This document shows positions 59,074-64,000 of a stretch of 64,000 nt of DNA, one piece after another (within the stretch, counting starts at the first letter, position 1; each line of letters begins with the position of its first letter). Made by a program: the position numbers and the translations under genes. The notes beneath the pieces are model-generated. The model was not told where the DNA came from and searched no databases. It saw nothing but the letters and a program-made list of their open reading frames with translations. The DNA comes from Anaerohalosphaeraceae bacterium (GTDB lineage: Bacteria; Planctomycetota; Phycisphaerae; Sedimentisphaerales; Anaerohalosphaeraceae), in the NCBI GenBank assembly GCA_963675525.2, contig CAXXSL010000013.1, positions 192,001 to 256,000 on the forward strand. Reading direction: 5' to 3'.

Positions 59074-59437
59074 ACGACTCTCCTTTTTTAAAAGAAATGT
59101 TAAACATTCAACCTTGAGGAAAAAACCTTCCCTCTAACAATAAAGGAATTATGTGTCATCCGTAAACAAAGTCAAGAAAAAAAGAGGTTGTTTACCCGAA
59201 ACCTTAAAATCCCGTAATTACCACGTTTTCAGCTATAAAGTCAATTTTTATCTTTTTGTGGACAGAAATGAACTTGAATCAACATGGACAATAATATTTT
59301 TATTCCATTATAACTTTACACTTGAATTCATTTATTCAAAGCAATATTTTAGTCTCAAGAACAATACGGCTATGTCACGTAAATCTATACGGCGACATCC
59401 ATGACTTTTTTTAAACCATTAAATAAGGAGGACAACC

Positions 59438-59833
59438 ATGCAAAAATCCATTCAATTGGCGATTATCATCACCGGGCTTTTTATCGCAGGCTGTTGTTTT
59501 GACCTGACTCGCGTTAAATACACGCCGGTCGTCATGAAAACAACAACGCCACCGAAACCCATGTGGATACTTATGGAGAAAGCTGATGTCCCGTTGGAAT
59601 CATGGTCAACCACACACCTGAAACCTAATACAAAATGGGAATATGTCGGTACCATTGAACAAGGCGATGTTTATAAGACAAAAGACCAGATCGTCACGGT
59701 CAAAGGTTCAAACATGTTCGAAGCTTATCTGGTTCTTTCCCAAGAAGAAATTGTGGGATTTTATTTACCATTTGAAGAGAGTTTTGCACCCATTCCGAGA
59801 CCTGTCAAAATCAACAGGAAGATTTTAAACTGA
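59438..59833 (+). CDS. Hypothetical lipoprotein
   Basis: Lipobox IAGC; SD AAGGAGG. Confidence 0.75.
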   Translation: MQKSIQLAIIITGLFIAGCCFDLTRVKYTPVVMKTTTPPKPMWILMEKADVPLESWSTTHLKPNTKWEYVGTIEQGDVYKTKDQIVTVKGSNMFEAYLVLSQEEIVGFYLPFEESFAPIPRPVKINRKILN

Positions 59834-59855
59834 AATATTTAAAAAGGAGACAATC

Positions 59856-60308
59856 ATGAAAAAAGTTCTAACTGTATTGGCACTGCTTTTCCTGTCGGTC
59901 GTTATCACAGGGTGCGCTTCGGGAACAAAGTTTTCTGAAATGCAGGGTTCACTGCCGGACCTTAACCCCGACTCAGGTCGCATCTATATCTATCGCACAG
60001 CGGTCTTTGGCGCAGCAATCCAGCCTGATGTTTTCCTGAATGGTGAAAAAGTCTGCAAAGCAGTACCGCAAGGTTTGATCTATTTAGATAAAGAACCGGG
60101 TGATTATAAGCTTCGGGCAAGTACTGAGGTTACACGTGCTCTTTCTTTTACGCTGGATCCCGGACAAATCCGCTATATCCGACTGGATGTCACCATGGGG
60201 TTCTTTATGGGACATGTTTCTCCGGTATTGGTAGACGAGGAAAAAGCGAAGAAAGAGTTACTAAAGTGTAAATATATCTCTTCTCAAAATACCAAGGCCT
60301 CACTTTAG
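59856..60308 (+). CDS. DUF2846-domain lipoprotein
   Basis: ITGCASG..F, GRIYIYR....GAAIQP.V.LNGE. Confidence 0.85.
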   Translation: MKKVLTVLALLFLSVVITGCASGTKFSEMQGSLPDLNPDSGRIYIYRTAVFGAAIQPDVFLNGEKVCKAVPQGLIYLDKEPGDYKLRASTEVTRALSFTLDPGQIRYIRLDVTMGFFMGHVSPVLVDEEKAKKELLKCKYISSQNTKASL

Positions 60309-60366
60309 TTCAGTCTCAATTTTAATCATTAAGAAACTCCGATGGCAGTAAGCTGTCGGAGTTTTT

Positions 60367-62487
60367 TTATCGCAATTTGAGTTGTTTGTATTTGCCGCGA
60401 CGATGCGCCAGCGCAACGCGGAAGAGAGCGCCGGAGGGCTTGGCGTTGATGATCTCCACGAAGCCGTGATGGGCCTCGGCAAACCGTTTGACCAGAGCCA
60501 ATCCTAATCCGGTACCGGTGGTTTGACGGGTGGATTCGTCGCCGCACCGATAGAAAGTATCGAATATCTTTTTTTGCTGGCTGCGAGCAATGCCGGGGCC
60601 GTGGTCCTCGACCTCGATGACGGCGTAGTCTTTCTGTTTTTGGGTGCGGATGACAATGCGTTTGTCCTGTGCGACTTTGGCATACTTGAGGGCATTGTCC
60701 AGCAGGTTAATAACGATTTGCACGACGGCATCGCGGTCAAATGTAAACGGCTCCAGTTCGCTAAACTCCTGGGCCAGTTCAAACCCCGCCTGTTCGGCAT
60801 AGGGACGCATCATCCGGACAACATCGCCGACACATTCATTGACATCGCCGATCGTGAATTCGTAGCGTTTTTTACCACGCTGGATGCGTGAAAAGTCCAA
60901 TACATTTTCGATGAGCCGGCTGAGACGTTCGCTTTCCTGCCGCATCGTAACATAATACTCCTTCCGCTTATCGTCGCTTTTAACCCAGTCATTTTCGAGC
61001 ATTTCGGTGTACATGCGAATACTGGTCAGCGGCGTGCGGAGTTCATGCGAAACGGCTGAGATAAAATCGTCCTTTTTGCGGGACAGCTGCACCTGCTGGT
61101 ACATGTTCCGCCAGAATGTGGCCAGTGCGATAATGACCGCCAGCCAGACGACACCGAGAATAGCAAAAAACCAGTTACGAATCTGGACGACACGCGCCTG
61201 TATCCAGCCGGGCTGCTGTTCGATGAGATTCAGGACGACCTCACCGAAGCCGAAATCCAGTATGGCGGTATAGGCCGCGTCGGGGCGTTCGGCTTTGGAA
61301 ACCTCAAAGCCCATACCCCGGCGGATAAACTGCTGGGCCGATTCGGCAACCTTGCTCAACAATTCCAATTCATCCAGCCGGAAACCCTGCACGAGATGTT
61401 TGTCCTCGATTTGGATGTGCCGCAATAAAAAGACTTGACCGGAAAAAACACTTTCCTTGCCATCGGCCTCCGGCACGGTAATCGGCACGAACGGCTCGAT
61501 GCGAACCTGGACAATATCATTCAATTGCTGCGAGCGATTGTCAGCCCGCTGTTTGGGAGTATCCATATCAAACTGTTTATCCGGTTCTCCGGCAACAGCC
61601 TGCTGTGTCGTTTCTTCATTTTCCTCCTTCGCCATTTGTAATGAACTTGAAGTCTGATACGCCTGGGATTGAACAGAATCCGGATCTTTATCGTTGGCCG
61701 TATTGCTCATGACATTCAATTCGATGTTTTCGCGGCTTTGCCGGATCACCTGTGTCTGCTGGGGCGCCTCTTCGATACTTTTGATCGCATATCGGCTTCT
61801 GCGGGCACTATCAGCGTTGGACTTTGCGGCCACCTTTTTACCGACCACCAGTTGTTCTTTGTCTTTGCTTTCGTCCAATCCCTTTTGAATTTCAGGTTGA
61901 TCCGTGCCGGGCATACCGGATGGCATATCGGAAATCGTGGTTGATACTGAACGTCCACGACGAGAAATCCCTTCAAAGCCTGACTTACCTCCATAGCTAT
62001 ATTCTTCCTTCGGCTCAGACGGTTCGATTCGACGGACTTGCAGACTTTCTCCATTGTCAAGCGACGGCAGAAGATTATCCTTAATGTTATCAAGATAATT
62101 TTTGACCACGCCGGAAGCGTCCTGTCGGGCTGCGGCGTAAGGAGTCGTTATGTCCCCGATGGTATCCAGCTGAAAGTAGCCATAGGCCAGATCATTCGAG
62201 AGCGAATTGCCCAACGGACTTCGTACGAATGCAGCGGCTTGATTGGATGCCTGGGGTACATAATAATATTGGTAATCCGTATAGGGACGGGCCTGTTCGG
62301 TCTGCAAAAAGGCATCGACATTTTTTTTTACGTCGAAACTGATATTTTTAGCAACATCGATAAATTCCTGCTGGCGTTCGGCACGCAAACCCTTTTCATG
62401 CATTTTCAATGATGAAAGTCCCAGAACACTCAGCACGGCCAGTGCAATACCAATGACTGAACAAATTATCCAAAAACGCTTATACAT
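60367..62487 (-). CDS. Membrane sensor histidine kinase
   Basis: Two TMs, FISAVSHELRTPLT, NLLDNALKY, VEDHGPGI, GTGLGL. Confidence 0.96.
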   Translation of the reverse strand: MYKRFWIICSVIGIALAVLSVLGLSSLKMHEKGLRAERQQEFIDVAKNISFDVKKNVDAFLQTEQARPYTDYQYYYVPQASNQAAAFVRSPLGNSLSNDLAYGYFQLDTIGDITTPYAAARQDASGVVKNYLDNIKDNLLPSLDNGESLQVRRIEPSEPKEEYSYGGKSGFEGISRRGRSVSTTISDMPSGMPGTDQPEIQKGLDESKDKEQLVVGKKVAAKSNADSARRSRYAIKSIEEAPQQTQVIRQSRENIELNVMSNTANDKDPDSVQSQAYQTSSSLQMAKEENEETTQQAVAGEPDKQFDMDTPKQRADNRSQQLNDIVQVRIEPFVPITVPEADGKESVFSGQVFLLRHIQIEDKHLVQGFRLDELELLSKVAESAQQFIRRGMGFEVSKAERPDAAYTAILDFGFGEVVLNLIEQQPGWIQARVVQIRNWFFAILGVVWLAVIIALATFWRNMYQQVQLSRKKDDFISAVSHELRTPLTSIRMYTEMLENDWVKSDDKRKEYYVTMRQESERLSRLIENVLDFSRIQRGKKRYEFTIGDVNECVGDVVRMMRPYAEQAGFELAQEFSELEPFTFDRDAVVQIVINLLDNALKYAKVAQDKRIVIRTQKQKDYAVIEVEDHGPGIARSQQKKIFDTFYRCGDESTRQTTGTGLGLALVKRFAEAHHGFVEIINAKPSGALFRVALAHRRGKYKQLKLR

Positions 62488-62489
62488 TC

Positions 62490-63194
62490 TTAATTCACCA
62501 TTTTACATTCGTATTTGTAGCCTGCGCCGCGGACGGTTTGGATTAGCTCCTGTTTGGCCCCGGCTTCTTTGAGCAGGTCACGCAAACGGGCAATGTGCAT
62601 ATCGACCGTGCGGGTTTCGATGCCATCCATCGATTCATGCCAGACTTTTTCATACAATTCGTCCCGACTGACAATCCGATTGGGGTTGGCGGCAAAAAGC
62701 TGGAGCATCTCGGTCTGTCGAGGGCTGAGGGGACTTTCTTTACCACCACAAATCAATTTCAGTCCTTCGGCGTCAATCGTAAACGGGCCAAATGCAAAAT
62801 CCTGGCCGACGGAACGCTGGGGGTCCAGCCGCCGCAGGATGGCGCGAATCCGCGCCAATAGTTCTTCCAGCGAAAACGGTTTGGTCACATAATCATCGGC
62901 GCCCATATCCAACCCGGCGATTTTCTCGCTTTCCTGTCCCTTGGCCGTCAGCATAATGACCGGCGTCCGCAGACCCTGCTGCCGCCACTTGCGGCAAAGC
63001 TGTTCCCCGCTGATGTTGGGCAGCATTAAGTCCAACAGGATCAGATCGAAGCGATGCTCCGAAACCGTCCGTTCGGCGTCCAACCCATCCTCAACGACGG
63101 TGACCCTGAACTCGTGGAATTCGAGAAAATCCTTTAATCCTTCCCGTATCTTCGGTTCATCTTCAACCACCAATATGCTTTGTCCTGCTTTCAT
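62490..63194 (-). CDS. OmpR/PhoB-family response regulator
   Basis: ILVVEDE, LLDLMLP, MLTAK, GADDYVTKPF, RTVDMHIARLR, IQTVRG.GY. Confidence 0.97.
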   Translation of the reverse strand: MKAGQSILVVEDEPKIREGLKDFLEFHEFRVTVVEDGLDAERTVSEHRFDLILLDLMLPNISGEQLCRKWRQQGLRTPVIMLTAKGQESEKIAGLDMGADDYVTKPFSLEELLARIRAILRRLDPQRSVGQDFAFGPFTIDAEGLKLICGGKESPLSPRQTEMLQLFAANPNRIVSRDELYEKVWHESMDGIETRTVDMHIARLRDLLKEAGAKQELIQTVRGAGYKYECKMVN

Positions 63195-63225
63195 ACCTTA
63201 TAAATCCTAAAAATATGCATCTTTG

Positions 63226-63252
63226 CTGGATTCCCGCCTGCGCGGGGATGAC
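63226..63252. repeat. REP-like palindrome (inverted copy of 16254-16280)
   Basis: CTGGATTCCCGCCTGCGCGGGGATGAC. Confidence 0.8.
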
Positions 63253-63300
63253 AAATTAATGCTCACCTATACATTATAGGCTAAATCCGGCTATTGCAAC

Positions 63301-63350
63301 TGTAACTTTTTTGTAAAACTAACCGGGTGCGATTTTACAGACCTTTTACA
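63301..63350. promoter_or_regulatory. Divergent pairs of 11-bp-spaced direct repeats (OmpR/PhoB-type boxes)
   Basis: TGTAA at 63301/63312 and TTTTACA at 63333/63344. Confidence 0.55.
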
Positions 63351-63419
63351 CCTCTTTGAGCCCTTTCTGCCGTATACTTTAAGTGTAAACGAAAATGCTA
63401 TTTTGCAAAGGAGATCCCA

Positions 63420-64000
63420 ATGAAAACGCTCAAAAATACTGCTGTTCTTTTACTTCTATCAGCCGCTTTTTTGGTTTTTCTCGCCAAGCCCCTGCTGGCT
63501 GAAACCGGCGAAAATGCCGTCTATTCCAAACTGCCCGTCAAAGAAGTTACGATTTTCAAAGATGGACACGCTTATGTGCTGCACGAGGGACTGGCAGACA
63601 CCAATAAAAACGGTGACGTTGTATTAGACTTTCTGCCCAATCCCGTTCTCGGGACTTTCTGGGCCTATTCAGCCGAAGCCGAAAACAAACTTGCATGCGT
63701 GATTGCCTCCCGTGAGAACATCGAACAAACCGAAATGGATTTTGAACTGCTGCTTAGAAAAAACCTGAACAAGACGATTGAAATTAGAGAAAAAAATAAA
63801 GACCAATCATATCAGGGCACTTTGATTAAGGTTTTGAGCGAATATCCCGTGCAGTGGCATCCCGAAAGCGGCCGAAAAGGAATTCTCGATAAAACACGTG
63901 TTTCCCAAAAAATACTGATCCAATCAGAACAGGAAACACGGGCGATTGACCTGGACCGAATCGAGACAATCTCTTTTCTCGCAGATATGGAAACGATTTC
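63420..64000 (+). CDS. Secreted DUF4140/DUF4139-like protein (runs off window)
   Basis: SD AAGGAG, signal peptide and LPVKEVTIFKDGHAYVLHEG; no stop before the window end. Confidence 0.7.
   Translation, partial: MKTLKNTAVLLLLSAAFLVFLAKPLLAETGENAVYSKLPVKEVTIFKDGHAYVLHEGLADTNKNGDVVLDFLPNPVLGTFWAYSAEAENKLACVIASRENIEQTEMDFELLLRKNLNKTIEIREKNKDQSYQGTLIKVLSEYPVQWHPESGRKGILDKTRVSQKILIQSEQETRAIDLDRIETISFLADMETI

Overview
Chromosomal 64-kb window from a bacterium. It is most likely an anaerobic Planctomycetota of class Phycisphaerae (Sedimentisphaerales-like). This is an inference from the PEP-CTERM proteins, dockerin-like 'D.N.D..VD..DF..(F/M)A..W' tails, mcsA-mcsB and interspersed repeats. Housekeeping genes include dnaK, nfuA-like, mtnA, comM, queA, a U32/RlhA-like protein, groES-groEL, pckG, coaD, mcsAB, lepA, tRNA-Pro(GGG), rpmA, rsmE, a metX-metW fusion and aceE. 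They are interleaved with lower-GC secreted-protein genes, CAZymes (CE15-like, GH53), an IS200/RAYT-like tnpA in a structured repeat family, a truncated IS110 and a two-component system. Five genes between about 8.4 and 18.2 kb carry frameshifts, most likely long-read indel errors. The most notable signals are: (1) dnaK and groESL share near-consensus sigma-54 promoters and an upstream CTGCCA-N3-TGGCA palindrome, with no CIRCE seen, suggesting a sigma-54/enhancer heat-shock regulon. (2) The tnpA element has a non-autonomous derivative that keeps only the first and last codons of tnpA. (3) A C4-antisense-like RNA structure lies upstream of a 3-gene island whose ~1120-aa secreted protein has a clan-CD-like His/Cys dyad and 11 [DE]PN motifs. 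(4) An orphan PEP-CTERM tail sits in frame behind a stop codon. (5) A stand-alone AceE lacks its E2-binding N-terminus. All calls were made by eye; no searches were run.
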